From a virus (Duplodnaviria > Caudoviricetes): DNA of 48,143 nucleotides. Shown in pieces: positions 1 through 10,514 of this stretch. The translations under genes and the position numbers were made by a program. The DNA is taken from IMG/VR virus record IMGVR_UViG_3300020044_005177, positions 1-48,143 of that record; one strand, written 5' to 3'. Under the pieces are notes generated by a model. It was given only the letters and a program-made list of their open reading frames with translations, was not told the DNA's origin and searched no databases. Positions within the stretch are counted from its first letter, which is position 1, and every line of letters begins with the position of its first letter.

Positions 1-1
1 T

Positions 2-1003
2 ACGATAAATTGGCCTAACGTATGCAGAAAGAATTCTATCGGCAATTCTATTTCCAGTATCCTTAAATGCAAGATCATTAAATTTAATATTAAATTGATC
101 ACTCTTGTATTCTGAAATATATTGATTTACATAAGGAAGATTATTGCATTTAATATCATTAATGATAAGGCTTGTGGCTTGTTTTATGTCTTGTGGAATA
201 ATAGGCCATCCTGCTTCAACCCAAACAACATAGTCCCATCCAGATGGAAACATTACAGAGTTACCACCGTAATCTGAAAATGTCTTAGTATCATATACAT
301 CATATGCAAAGTTTGGAGAATCATTAGTATTATATAAAGTAAAGGAGTCTGATGCACCTCTTCTCATATTTACTGGTTTTGATTGAGTTCTATTGAATCC
401 AGTTGTACCCGGAACTACTACGCTTATTGATGCCTTATCTGTGGTAATAAAATAATCTTTTATATTCGTCCAAGTTTCTGGATCTTCTGGTTCTGTGTCA
501 TATACAATAACATCATTTTCATATACTCTAACTATTTTATTAAGCCTAAAGGGAACTGAAAGATAGTCATTTCCTAATCCCACTGTTTCAATAAGTTCCC
601 TCCTATACATAAATCCACCAGTTATGGAATTAATTATTGCTCTTGCAATATCTTCATATATTATTGCATTTGCTATATCTTCTGGTGTTTCTGCAATAGT
701 TAGTGGATCTACATATGGCCTCATAATTGTTAGAGTGTCTACCCATACAAGATCACCAAGTAGGATTGTAGTTTCTGGTGTTAAAGATAAATTATAATAA
801 ATTTCTACACGATACTCATCATCATATTTAGAAAAATAATTTGGAAGTTCTAATGAGATAACGCCGTCTTCGTCACTCATCACTGCAATCTCTGCAACAC
901 TTATTGTATGATCATCAAGAATCCAAACTACATAGGATCTTTCTGATTCAAATCCAGATTGAGTAAAAGTTAATGGAAACGGCGGTACTCTCATTATCTG
1001 CAT
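2..1003 (-). CDS. Putative head-to-tail adaptor/connector (runs off the window start)
   Basis: Open frame from ATG at 1003 (MQIMRVPPFPLTFTQ...IARAIINSITGG...DIKQATSLIINDIKC) that runs off the window. It lies downstream of the capsid gene, and the motifs resemble head-completion proteins. Confidence 0.6.
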   Translation of the reverse strand, partial: MQIMRVPPFPLTFTQSGFESERSYVVWILDDHTISVAEIAVMSDEDGVISLELPNYFSKYDDEYRVEIYYNLSLTPETTILLGDLVWVDTLTIMRPYVDPLTIAETPEDIANAIIYEDIARAIINSITGGFMYRRELIETVGLGNDYLSVPFRLNKIVRVYENDVIVYDTEPEDPETWTNIKDYFITTDKASISVVVPGTTGFNRTQSKPVNMRRGASDSFTLYNTNDSPNFAYDVYDTKTFSDYGGNSVMFPSGWDYVVWVEAGWPIIPQDIKQATSLIINDIKCNNLPYVNQYISEYKSDQFNIKFNDLAFKDTGNRIADRILSAYVRPIYR

Positions 1004-1006
1004 AAA

Positions 1007-1471
1007 TTACTTACCGAAATAAGTCGCTACTTCTTCAGGGGTAGCCTTACGAATACCATCCCTAGATAACCACTTTTCGGATGCCTCCTCTGTTACGATA
1101 TTATAACCTTTCTTTAAGGCTCCAACATCTGACCAACGAACATTCTTATTTGACCAAAGCGCAACTTTTTCTGAATTCTTTTTTGGCTCTTCTTCTTTTA
1201 TAACAATTTTTGCAAGAGCCTTGTCAGCGGCTCTTGAACCAAGCACATTTTCAGGATTCTTTTGCATGTTTGAAGACTTTGATGGTTTTGCTTTTGCTGG
1301 ACCAGTGATAACCTTTTGATTATCATCATTAAGTACTTCTTCAATCTTTACATTTTCGATTGTTGAATTTTCTTTTGCTATTGTTTCTACAGAAGTTTCA
1401 GTTTCTTCAACATTTGAATCTTCTTCAACCTTTGGTGCTTCTTCCACCAAATCTGTTGACTCATCTATCAT
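1007..1471 (-). CDS. Hypothetical protein downstream of major capsid
   Basis: 154 aa with an acidic low-complexity N-terminus and a compact C-terminal domain. RBS AAGGAGAGG lies upstream. Confidence 0.7.
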   Translation of the reverse strand: MIDESTDLVEEAPKVEEDSNVEETETSVETIAKENSTIENVKIEEVLNDDNQKVITGPAKAKPSKSSNMQKNPENVLGSRAADKALAKIVIKEEEPKKNSEKVALWSNKNVRWSDVGALKKGYNIVTEEASEKWLSRDGIRKATPEEVATYFGK

Positions 1472-1514
1472 AGTACACCTCTCCTTTATGTTAATTATAT
1501 CATTATATGGTTAA

Positions 1515-1538
1515 GGGGAGGGACCGAAGCCCCTCCCC
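1515..1538 (-). terminator. Hairpin terminator after major capsid gene
   Basis: GGGGAGGG-accgaagc-CCCTCCCC inverted repeat just downstream of the capsid stop codon. Confidence 0.6.
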
Positions 1539-1558
1539 AAAACATAACGCATTTGATA

Positions 1559-2695
1559 CTAGGAAACAACTGGTGTTGCTTCTGCGTATGCGATTGCGTC
1601 AAGTTCTTCCCATGTGATGCCAAAACGAACGAAAATTGTATATTCAATTGTGTCCTTCTTTGGCTTGTACTCACGGTTAACAGTAATATCGCGTTGGAAT
1701 CCCCATACACGGTTCTGTGGGAATGTCAAATCGACATAATCCGCAGGGTAGTAAGGAACTTCCTGAACATCAATACCAAGAACGCGAGTGGTACGAGCGC
1801 CACCAAATGTCTGACCATTACCTGAAAGGTAATCCTCACGACGGCCTGGTGTACCGCTAACTCTTGGCATAAGTGCCTCAGAGATAGCATCTGCAAGCGT
1901 ACCGTTGTTCTTTACGATGTTTGCAAAGATATCCGTACCTGCATAGAACTTGAGTCCTGACTTGATAGCACGGTACTTGCGTGGAAGAGCATAAATGATC
2001 TCCTGCATTACCTCAGGTGTCCATCCTCCTGTTGTGTCAACAACGGCTTCATGTGAATCTCCATCAGTTGCCTGATTTACGAAACCATTCATGATGCCAA
2101 GGAATGGGTCTATGCCTCCAGTTCCATTGATAGCAAGATCCTCAAGGTCATTACCAAATGCGTTTGTCATCAAACGAACTAGATGATCTTCAAGTGCTGC
2201 ACCTTCGATATTATCTTCAAGTGCCTCAGTTGAAACCTCCCAGTCAAGACGAATCTTCTTTGTGGTAAGTTCTACCTTTGTGAATGTTGCACCAGCATTT
2301 TGGTACTCACCAAGTGCCTGTGCTGCTGAACGAATAACACGTTCACCAACGTTAACCTTCTCAAGTTCAATCGTGTTTGCACGCATTGTAACTCTACGGC
2401 CATCTTGGGCGAGAACTGTTGCATCCCAAACATAGTCGATAAATCGACGTGCCTGTTCTGGGTTTAGAATACCACCAGGTGTTCCTACTGGATTAACTGC
2501 GTTTGGGCCTGTTGTGTCTCCATAGTTTGCAACTGGAATGTTTCCTGCTGTACCCCATGCGTCACCACCCATTACTGGATCAGTTCCTCCGATTCCAAGG
2601 TTGGCTACTGCACCCTGACCTTGATATAGACCTGGGTTTGGATCTCCATACTCTCCTGAATCACTTGGTTGGTTCTTAATAATTTCTTGTGCCAT
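1559..2695 (-). CDS. Major capsid protein (HK97 fold)
   Basis: 378 aa with GGILNPEQARRFI, VSTEALEDNIEG and DLEDLAINGTG motifs typical of HK97-fold capsids. Strong RBS (GGAGGTG) and position after the protease gene. Confidence 0.9.
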   Translation of the reverse strand: MAQEIIKNQPSDSGEYGDPNPGLYQGQGAVANLGIGGTDPVMGGDAWGTAGNIPVANYGDTTGPNAVNPVGTPGGILNPEQARRFIDYVWDATVLAQDGRRVTMRANTIELEKVNVGERVIRSAAQALGEYQNAGATFTKVELTTKKIRLDWEVSTEALEDNIEGAALEDHLVRLMTNAFGNDLEDLAINGTGGIDPFLGIMNGFVNQATDGDSHEAVVDTTGGWTPEVMQEIIYALPRKYRAIKSGLKFYAGTDIFANIVKNNGTLADAISEALMPRVSGTPGRREDYLSGNGQTFGGARTTRVLGIDVQEVPYYPADYVDLTFPQNRVWGFQRDITVNREYKPKKDTIEYTIFVRFGITWEELDAIAYAEATPVVS

Positions 2696-2725
2696 TTTGT
2701 TTCACCTCCTGAATTTCTTTCTGTA

Positions 2726-4321
2726 TTATTTAAATAGGTCGGCATTTTTGAGGAAACTACCGCCCCACAGTGACTTTTTGATCACTGTTGGTTGTTCCTG
2801 CAAGATCTCGCCAAGATCAGCAGACTTACGGAAAGCGGTGTCCTTTTCCACAGCGTCCACACGCTTTCCAAAACTATCTCTTACTTCACTTACCTCATTG
2901 CTAACTCCAGCAACCGCCTTGTTAATGCCTTCAATCTTGGCATCAAGAGCCTTTACTGTTTCAGCAAGAGTGGAAAGTACAGATGTAAGATGATCGTTAA
3001 TGCTGTTAATCATTTTGGTTGTAGCATTAACATCTTCTTCACTAACTGCTGCTGGCATATCAGCCTTTTCTGTCATGCCATAGCACTTATCACACATTCC
3101 ATTCTTCATATCTGAAGGAGAACATGCTTTATCGCATTCTTTGCAATTAGTCATTGCCTTATTGACATCTGATTCTTCTAAATCATCCATTTCATCTTCT
3201 TCTGTAACTTCAATTTCAAGAGCCTTCTGCGTGTCATCAATGGTAACAGGAATTGCGTCCTCCATTGGTGGATTTACTTGATCTTCGCTCATACTCTTTT
3301 CAATCTCATCTACAACGATAATATCTGAATCCATCTTGCTTACCTCCTTTACCTCTGATTTACTAATCGCATTAACTTTTTCTAGTGATGAAATATTTTT
3401 AATAACGCGACGATTTATAGGTATTATTATACCGTCTTTTTGTGAATATGATTTTATTATCACAACAGGATCGTCTGCTTTTGCCATAACAGCAACTTCT
3501 TCAGACGAAAGTCTTGCTCCACCCTTAAATATTAAATCAATTACACGACCATACTCACTATCAAACTTTACATATGATCCAACTTCAACATTCTTTTGAA
3601 TTGTTGATTTTTTTGTGCTTACAATAATATTCTTTATCATTGAAGATTTTTCAGGATCATTACTTTCCACAAAACCAATGTTTGCCATAGCCTTATCGCA
3701 TTGAGGGCAAGCCTTATTCTGACTGTATGCCATTTGAATAACATCATCTTTTCTGCACCAAAAAACATTTTCTATTGTGGCCTTCATCAGGTATCCCGTT
3801 CCCTCGCCTTTTTCAATACTGATGACATTAGCAAACTGATTTGCTGGATTATCAACTAAAGAGAGTTCACTTAATGAATATTCTTTAATAATTTGACATT
3901 TTTTGCCCAATTGTTCATCATAAATGTCTTCTGCATCATGAACTTCTCCACCTATTGAAAATGCACTGAGAGTTCCATCAAGTACTTTTTCCCATGTATC
4001 TTGAGCACCCTTACTCACATATGCAGAAACATAAATTCCATTATAGAACTTATTGGTATCTTCATCAAAATACTTTTCTTCTTTAAATGAAACAACCTTG
4101 CCAACAGATATTGGCTGATGCATTTCTCTTATGTTTCCTCTAAAAGATTCAAAAGCCTTGATTGATGCTTCAAGTGGAACAATGTCGCCCTGTTTATCAA
4201 GGTTATCTAATGTTGCAAATCCATGTACCATTCTTTTTTCTACATCTATCTTAGAAATAGGGGTAGAGAAGTTAAGATGGTTGCCACTGATTGCTGTTTT
4301 AGTTTCTTGGAATTTAATCAT
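2726..4321 (-). CDS. Prohead (capsid maturation) protease fused to scaffold region
   Basis: N-terminal HK97/XkdF-like protease motifs (VHGFAT..D.QGD, IREMH, FSIGG, ELSLVD.PAN) and an acidic coiled-coil C-terminus. Confidence 0.85.
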   Translation of the reverse strand: MIKFQETKTAISGNHLNFSTPISKIDVEKRMVHGFATLDNLDKQGDIVPLEASIKAFESFRGNIREMHQPISVGKVVSFKEEKYFDEDTNKFYNGIYVSAYVSKGAQDTWEKVLDGTLSAFSIGGEVHDAEDIYDEQLGKKCQIIKEYSLSELSLVDNPANQFANVISIEKGEGTGYLMKATIENVFWCRKDDVIQMAYSQNKACPQCDKAMANIGFVESNDPEKSSMIKNIIVSTKKSTIQKNVEVGSYVKFDSEYGRVIDLIFKGGARLSSEEVAVMAKADDPVVIIKSYSQKDGIIIPINRRVIKNISSLEKVNAISKSEVKEVSKMDSDIIVVDEIEKSMSEDQVNPPMEDAIPVTIDDTQKALEIEVTEEDEMDDLEESDVNKAMTNCKECDKACSPSDMKNGMCDKCYGMTEKADMPAAVSEEDVNATTKMINSINDHLTSVLSTLAETVKALDAKIEGINKAVAGVSNEVSEVRDSFGKRVDAVEKDTAFRKSADLGEILQEQPTVIKKSLWGGSFLKNADLFK

Positions 4322-4359
4322 GACTATTGTAATTATAACATCATTTTATAACGATTTCG

Positions 4360-5991
4360 TTATGATGTTTTTGCTCCTTGACCTTTAGGATTGCGTCCTG
4401 TTACTGCTCCAGCACCATCAGACTGATTATTTGATCTTTCTGTATCTCTTGTCTTGTTCCCCGTCATATTTCCTTTAGCATCTGCTGCTTGTCTTGGGTT
4501 TAGTTCAAGAGGAACATCTCCACCATCTCTTTGTGGATATCCAATCTTTTCACGAACTTCGTTTGGAGTAAGAACTTGATTCTTTACATATCTTTCATTA
4601 ATCTGAGAATCTGCAATTTCATCAGTGAGACTGATTTGATTAAAGGAAAGTTTAATGATGTCTGTCTTTTCTTTAATGATCTTGTTTACAGCCTTTTCAA
4701 CATACTCTTGTAATGGCTTTGCAACTTGATCTCTGAATGTCCTATCTTGGCTCATTGCCGCAGCAGTTCCACCTGAATCAGTACCGCCTAACTTAGATAG
4801 CGGTACTTGATGCGCCATAAGAATATCGTCACGATTACGCAAACGATAGTCACTAAATGATGCCTCTTGTACACCGTTTTCTACAGGATGCATTTCAAAT
4901 TCAATCTTACTTCCTTCACTATCGCCAGGAAGTGGTATATATAAAGTTCGATGTGACTGACCCTTAAGTCCAGTTTGGAAGAAACGAAATAACTTATCCT
5001 CTGCTTCTGGAGTTAATTTAGCACCTTTGACTGTAATAATGTATCGTGGAACAGCCTTATTTTCAAAATAATCAATGTTATATTGTGCAGCCATCTGATC
5101 ACCACGAAGTGAAGTCATTGCAGCAACGATATCTGGCACACCATAGAATGTATTTAATGGAGAATATTCTTTAAGATGAATAACCTCATTAGGTCTATTG
5201 TCAGTTGTAACTGGATTTGGATTAGTAGCACCAAAATTCCTAAAATATGTAATGGTTCCTGCAATAATCTGAATATATCCATCGTGAAGACGACGGACAC
5301 GCATGGTAGTTGAAGGAATGTGACCGATATACCCAATATCACTAGCCACTGTTCTACCAATTTCAATATAACCGTTTCCAGTTGCTTGCATATCGGTAAC
5401 TACTTTTTCAAGAGTTTTTGTTAAACTATCATCATCATTGCAACTTTCAATCCAGTCAGATAATTCAATCTTTAATTGTTCAATACGCTTCTTGGCTTTC
5501 TTTTTTGCAGATTCACTTGATGTGGCTTCTAATCTAAGCAATGTTTCTGTTGTCATGTCAAACTTATAACCAAGACTGACTGTATTTGATACTTTTGTAT
5601 CTACCGCCGCATGATTGGCAAATGAGGTGTCGTAATAGGATGAGAGTTCATATAGATTGTATGGAGGGGTAATTAAATCAAAGATTCCATATCCGTTTCT
5701 ATATACCTGACCAGGATTAATTTTCTTTGAGTTTGCATCTCCACTTTCTGACTGACCAATTGCATTTGCTTCAGATAAATATCTCTCAGAAATCTGACCA
5801 TCTGCTTGACGAGGAACATTGTTGATTGTTGTATTTGCTTTTTCAGTACGAGCAAGTCTACGCTTAAAATTTTTATCTATTCCATTTAAACCAATAAGAG
5901 TTTCCCAACTTTTATTGAATGGATCTGAATTTAAAAACTCGTTCTCAATAATAGCGTCTGCTAATTTTGCATCAATAAGGAATTCAGACAT
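4360..5991 (-). CDS. Portal protein
   Basis: 543 aa with GNGYIEI, EVIHLK, YGVPDI, YFENKAVP, ILMAHQVP and LTPNEVRE portal motifs. Confidence 0.9.
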   Translation of the reverse strand: MSEFLIDAKLADAIIENEFLNSDPFNKSWETLIGLNGIDKNFKRRLARTEKANTTINNVPRQADGQISERYLSEANAIGQSESGDANSKKINPGQVYRNGYGIFDLITPPYNLYELSSYYDTSFANHAAVDTKVSNTVSLGYKFDMTTETLLRLEATSSESAKKKAKKRIEQLKIELSDWIESCNDDDSLTKTLEKVVTDMQATGNGYIEIGRTVASDIGYIGHIPSTTMRVRRLHDGYIQIIAGTITYFRNFGATNPNPVTTDNRPNEVIHLKEYSPLNTFYGVPDIVAAMTSLRGDQMAAQYNIDYFENKAVPRYIITVKGAKLTPEAEDKLFRFFQTGLKGQSHRTLYIPLPGDSEGSKIEFEMHPVENGVQEASFSDYRLRNRDDILMAHQVPLSKLGGTDSGGTAAAMSQDRTFRDQVAKPLQEYVEKAVNKIIKEKTDIIKLSFNQISLTDEIADSQINERYVKNQVLTPNEVREKIGYPQRDGGDVPLELNPRQAADAKGNMTGNKTRDTERSNNQSDGAGAVTGRNPKGQGAKTS

Positions 5992-6383
5992 TATTCAGCA
6001 TCTCCGTACAGAGCAGCAGTTTTCTTTGCAGCACTAACTGCACCCAGATCATTCATTGATGGAATTAAGCCTTGACTTAAACGATCAAGTTGCTCACCAT
6101 ATTCTTCATCTGTAGCCCTATTTGCACCAGCATAGAACCACGCTTCGCCCTCTGGTTCACCATATGATGTGGCTACTTGACGAATCTTTGACATTTGGCC
6201 GATATCTCCTTTTACAGAAGGGATGTTGAGAAGTCTACCCTCATTGTCTTTGAATAGTCTTCCGCTTGGCAGCCTCCAAAAATAAAGACCCCATTCGTAG
6301 CCAAACATATTCCTTTGACCAGAGCCTTTATCTATATGCGTTATCTTAGTTTTACCAATTTTTGGATTTTTTGTATTACTCAT
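5991..6383 (-). CDS. Conserved hypothetical protein upstream of portal
   Basis: ORF overlaps the portal start by 1 nt. The likely start is ATG 6383, 7 nt below a TGGTACAAT extended -10. Confidence 0.7.
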   Translation of the reverse strand: MSNTKNPKIGKTKITHIDKGSGQRNMFGYEWGLYFWRLPSGRLFKDNEGRLLNIPSVKGDIGQMSKIRQVATSYGEPEGEAWFYAGANRATDEEYGEQLDRLSQGLIPSMNDLGAVSAAKKTAALYGDAE

Positions 6384-6401
6384 AACCATAATTGTACCAG
6401 A

Positions 6402-9400
6402 TTATGCAGGTTTTCTTATATCCTGTGACCAAACGGTATCTGAGTAGGCAGAGAAACCATAAGATCCAACATAAACCCCACCATCATCATCAATAACCTC
6501 TCTGTTCGTACCAAGATATGATTGATAAATATCTTCTGGAGTAAGAATATATGTAACTGTTTGATCAAGTACATATACGTCTCTCCAATTTCCATTATCT
6601 TTCCAATGCTGCCAATCATAAGTTATTGGCAAATCTTGATACACTTGACCCCAGTCTCTTGCAACAATTCCAACTCTCTTTCCAATACTTTCTTCCAAAT
6701 AATAAGATATATTATTGAAATACGTTCTACCAAAAAGATTGATTTTTCCAACAAAGTTTGTGAATTCAAGTGATTCTTGAAACAACATGCCCAAACAAGA
6801 CCATTCATGCATTTTTATTGTTGGAAGGTTTACATAAATTCCATTCTGATAAAAGGAAATAGATGTAATTGGTTCAAGTGTATCCTTATCCCTTGCATAT
6901 ATCTGTGCCCTGTTTCCATTATCAATTGATGTAAGCATAATCTCAATAGTATTATTTACATTTACAATTTCAAATATTGGAATATCTATTTGTGAAAATT
7001 CTGAAAAGTCATGCTTCATCCATATTTGCATTGCCGCGATATTGTAGTTATTTGATGCAGATGGATTTATTGCAATAGAGGCTAAAAATTCTTTATCCTC
7101 TAAATGCTTTACAACCTTAATCCCTGAGTCATCAGTTAAATATAAATATGGACTTGTCTTTTTATAAATATATACTGGATTTTGTTCCTTACCGTCAAAT
7201 ATCGTACCATCATTTGTGTAGGTGTATACACTATTTCCAAATTTTGTTTTTATTGGATTGAGAAGGTAATCGTTATTTAATGGTCTTGAGGCAATTTCAA
7301 ATGTTCTAATATTAAATGGATTTGAAAGAATTCCCTTTTGATTTAATACAAAATGAACAGCCATAGATAAGTTAGTAAAGTCTATGTTTTCTTCATTATA
7401 TACTTTTGGCGGGTATATGATTGTTCCATTAAGTATTTCAAATTTTGTATTGAATGCCTTTGATGGACTTGCAATGGTATTCTCTTGTTCAACATAAATT
7501 ACTTTTGATGCATCAAGTTTCTTTGTATAAACAAAAGAATCCAATGAATTAACATTATTATTAAAGATTGATTGAAATGTTGCATACATCTTTAATGATG
7601 ACATGGATACATCTATATCTCCTCCAGATGTATTATTATATTTTAGATCTAAATAGTTTGAGTACCCCGAAATAACTGGATCGTCTAAATCTGCATATGT
7701 TTGAGTTGAGAATAACGTATTTAAATCTTGATACAAAAATAAAAAGGGAGAGGATACAGATGGATATCCAATATTTAATTGCAATGAATCTATATCGTAT
7801 ACTGTGTTTCCATTCTCATCTATTACTGGAGAAGCAAAGTATGAAAGTGGGTAATATTCCTCCCATTCAGCACTTATTGCAATATCTAAAAAGAATTTTT
7901 CATATTCATACATTGGAAGCAAAGTGTAACTTGCAAAATGATCAAGAAACAAGCCATTATCTTGTGGAAGTGTTATTCCAGAATCATCAAAATGTTCCGA
8001 AAGTTCATTATAATTTATTTCATTACAAAAACCAACTCTATAAATTTTTTCATCAAATGTCAGTGCATCTTCTCCAGTTTTTGCATTTCCTCCTACTATC
8101 ATTTGAATTGCAGAAACATTTGCAAAAAATGTAAGAGCCTCATATCCATATGCGTCTGCAAAAGTTTTAATATTTATTCCTGCTACCATATGATCTGAAG
8201 TGTCTACTGTTATAGATGCAAGTTCAACATTATTAAGAGTATATGTTATTTGATCTTCAAATAGATTTATTTCAAATCTTTTACCGTTAATAGTATTAAT
8301 AAAATGTATTAACGGTCTAACTGATGAAGTCTCGTTCTCTACCTCAAATACTCCATATATTGCATTTACTGGATTTGTAAGAATATTTAATGATTGAAAT
8401 TGTAGATAACAGTCTTCATTCCAATCATCTCCATCTGGATTCCAAGCGCCTCCTGATATATTTGGCCTAAATGTAATAAATTTAGGGTGATTGGCTGTTG
8501 GCAAGTATTCAAGATTGTTTACATCATTATTTGCTTCATACCAATCATAAATATTTCTACCACCTAAATAAATTGTTGGCAACTCATAGTCTGGAACTGT
8601 AATACTATTTGTTGTAGCCTTAAGATTATTAAAATATCCTCCATCCCACCTTGCAATATCTGGATAAAGAATGTTTGATTTATATCCTGATACTGGAAAA
8701 TCTATTGTTGTTGGTATTCCACCAAACCCACTATCAATAAACTGTGCTGATGGAACGGCTTGCCCCCAAGCCATTCTTCTTTTTGCAACTTGTGTTGCAA
8801 TAGCATAAGGATAAATTGAAATGCAGTCAATTTTAAAATAATCTATATCCTCATATGAATAGAATCCCCACCACTCATTACTTGAACTTGGAAATGTTAA
8901 CGAATATGGGTCATACGGTATTGTAATAACTTGCTCACCATTAATAAAAAGTGATGCACTTTCTCTTTTTATGAGAATATGAACGATCATTGGTCTATTC
9001 CATTCAGATACTGAATGAGAGCCACGACTGTTTCCTATAACAAGAGAAATGAACCCTTCTTTTACATAAATGCCCCAAGAAGTTTCTGCAAGTGGGCCAA
9101 GAATTCTTCTTGAATATGTTGTTGATGGGTTTATCTTCATCCAAAATTCTAAAGAATATTCTTTAAACTTTCCCTTTTCATTTAATACACCCACTCCAGG
9201 AAAAATAAGCGAAGGATTTCCAAGTTCAGAAGCAATAATATTTGTTGCGTTGTCTGTTCCAAAAACCAAGGGTACGCTTCCGTTATTTGCAAGAAGAATG
9301 CCATCTTCTACTAAATAATAACCATTGTCGCTCAACAATCCATACTGATCAGCAGGATATCCATTCAATCCAGTCAATCCAGTTGAAATGGGTATTGAAA

Positions 9401-10055
9401 TTGGATCAATGCCAAGAGACTTATTACAATAACTTTCTGACCATTGACCAACTGATAGACCATTCATAATAAATGTTCGATCTACTGTGTTGGAAGATGA
9501 AAGATCTTTTACATTTATTTGAATTATTAATCTTATTGGATTAGAAAATGAAATATATTGTGGAAGTTCATAAGTTCTATTAAAATTACTCCAAGATTCT
9601 GAGGATGGTGCAGGTATTTGTCCAGATAGCACAGTCTCATACGCTAAAGAATTTGTATCATAATATTCATATCCTATTTTGTACCAATTTACATACTGTG
9701 GGCTTTGATATAGAAAAAAATTAACACAAAAACTCTCAAAAGATGTATTCATATTTGAAACATCTATATTGCTACTTTTTGCTGACACAAGAGTATTATT
9801 TGGTAATGATGAATTTGATACATAGATTGCAGAACAAGTTTCATCTGGAAATGGTGGTGCAGTATTTGGAAGTGTTGGGGAGTCATTATATGTTGCCCCG
9901 CCAGTAGTTGGGCTAGTAGTTATCGTCCATGTTGAAAATTTTCTTTTAGCATTATTCATATATGATATATAATAAGAATCATCATCTAAAGGCCACATTG
10001 ATATGGGATGTTCTGCGTATGCTTTTACAGCATAGGAATTAAGGGCTACCGACAT
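6402..10055 (-). CDS. Large minor virion/tail protein with LamG/ConA-like domain
   Basis: 1217 aa, beta-rich. The YSLEFWMKI...SLFINGEQV segment resembles a LamG fold. It has a leaderless start below TGCTATAAT. Confidence 0.6.
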   Translation of the reverse strand: MSVALNSYAVKAYAEHPISMWPLDDDSYYISYMNNAKRKFSTWTITTSPTTGGATYNDSPTLPNTAPPFPDETCSAIYVSNSSLPNNTLVSAKSSNIDVSNMNTSFESFCVNFFLYQSPQYVNWYKIGYEYYDTNSLAYETVLSGQIPAPSSESWSNFNRTYELPQYISFSNPIRLIIQINVKDLSSSNTVDRTFIMNGLSVGQWSESYCNKSLGIDPISIPISTGLTGLNGYPADQYGLLSDNGYYLVEDGILLANNGSVPLVFGTDNATNIIASELGNPSLIFPGVGVLNEKGKFKEYSLEFWMKINPSTTYSRRILGPLAETSWGIYVKEGFISLVIGNSRGSHSVSEWNRPMIVHILIKRESASLFINGEQVITIPYDPYSLTFPSSSNEWWGFYSYEDIDYFKIDCISIYPYAIATQVAKRRMAWGQAVPSAQFIDSGFGGIPTTIDFPVSGYKSNILYPDIARWDGGYFNNLKATTNSITVPDYELPTIYLGGRNIYDWYEANNDVNNLEYLPTANHPKFITFRPNISGGAWNPDGDDWNEDCYLQFQSLNILTNPVNAIYGVFEVENETSSVRPLIHFINTINGKRFEINLFEDQITYTLNNVELASITVDTSDHMVAGINIKTFADAYGYEALTFFANVSAIQMIVGGNAKTGEDALTFDEKIYRVGFCNEINYNELSEHFDDSGITLPQDNGLFLDHFASYTLLPMYEYEKFFLDIAISAEWEEYYPLSYFASPVIDENGNTVYDIDSLQLNIGYPSVSSPFLFLYQDLNTLFSTQTYADLDDPVISGYSNYLDLKYNNTSGGDIDVSMSSLKMYATFQSIFNNNVNSLDSFVYTKKLDASKVIYVEQENTIASPSKAFNTKFEILNGTIIYPPKVYNEENIDFTNLSMAVHFVLNQKGILSNPFNIRTFEIASRPLNNDYLLNPIKTKFGNSVYTYTNDGTIFDGKEQNPVYIYKKTSPYLYLTDDSGIKVVKHLEDKEFLASIAINPSASNNYNIAAMQIWMKHDFSEFSQIDIPIFEIVNVNNTIEIMLTSIDNGNRAQIYARDKDTLEPITSISFYQNGIYVNLPTIKMHEWSCLGMLFQESLEFTNFVGKINLFGRTYFNNISYYLEESIGKRVGIVARDWGQVYQDLPITYDWQHWKDNGNWRDVYVLDQTVTYILTPEDIYQSYLGTNREVIDDDGGVYVGSYGFSAYSDTVWSQDIRKPA

Positions 10056-10072
10056 ATAATCATTATAGCAAG

Positions 10073-10100
10073 GACGGGGCAGTCAAACGACTACCCCGCC
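10073..10100 (-). terminator. Hairpin terminator after nrdJ-HNH
   Basis: Imperfect inverted repeat gacggggcagtc-aaac-gactaccccgcc. Confidence 0.5.
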
Positions 10101-10115
10101 CAAAATGCTATTAGA

Positions 10116-10514
10116 TTATGCAGATCTATTTAAATAATTTAGTGCATTTTGTAATATCTTTGGATCTTCTTTTAGATGTCCCAAGGCAATATTACAATCA
10201 AAACAGATAAGTCCACGAATACATTTGCCACAAGACTTTTTACTAGAACAGCATCTATGATCATGATCAACAGCAAAATTCTTAGAAAATTCTGAACGAT
10301 CTCTATAACAAATAGCACATCTATTATTTTGTTTTTTTAATAAAATATTATAGTCAACTTCTCTTATTTTAAAATTAACCCATAGATGAGAGTCTATTCT
10401 TGATCCACTAGATGTACGATATTTTGATTTACAGATAGGTGAGCAATATTTTTTTCTTGACATCACCCTATCTTTTCCGTAAAGCAATTCATTGCATTCC
10501 AAGCATTTTTTCAT
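10116..10514 (-). CDS. Endonuclease VII-family HNH endonuclease
   Basis: QNNRCAIC...VDHDH...IRGLICFDCNIALG motif. Start overlaps the nrdJ stop. Confidence 0.85.
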   Translation of the reverse strand: MKKCLECNELLYGKDRVMSRKKYCSPICKSKYRTSSGSRIDSHLWVNFKIREVDYNILLKKQNNRCAICYRDRSEFSKNFAVDHDHRCCSSKKSCGKCIRGLICFDCNIALGHLKEDPKILQNALNYLNRSA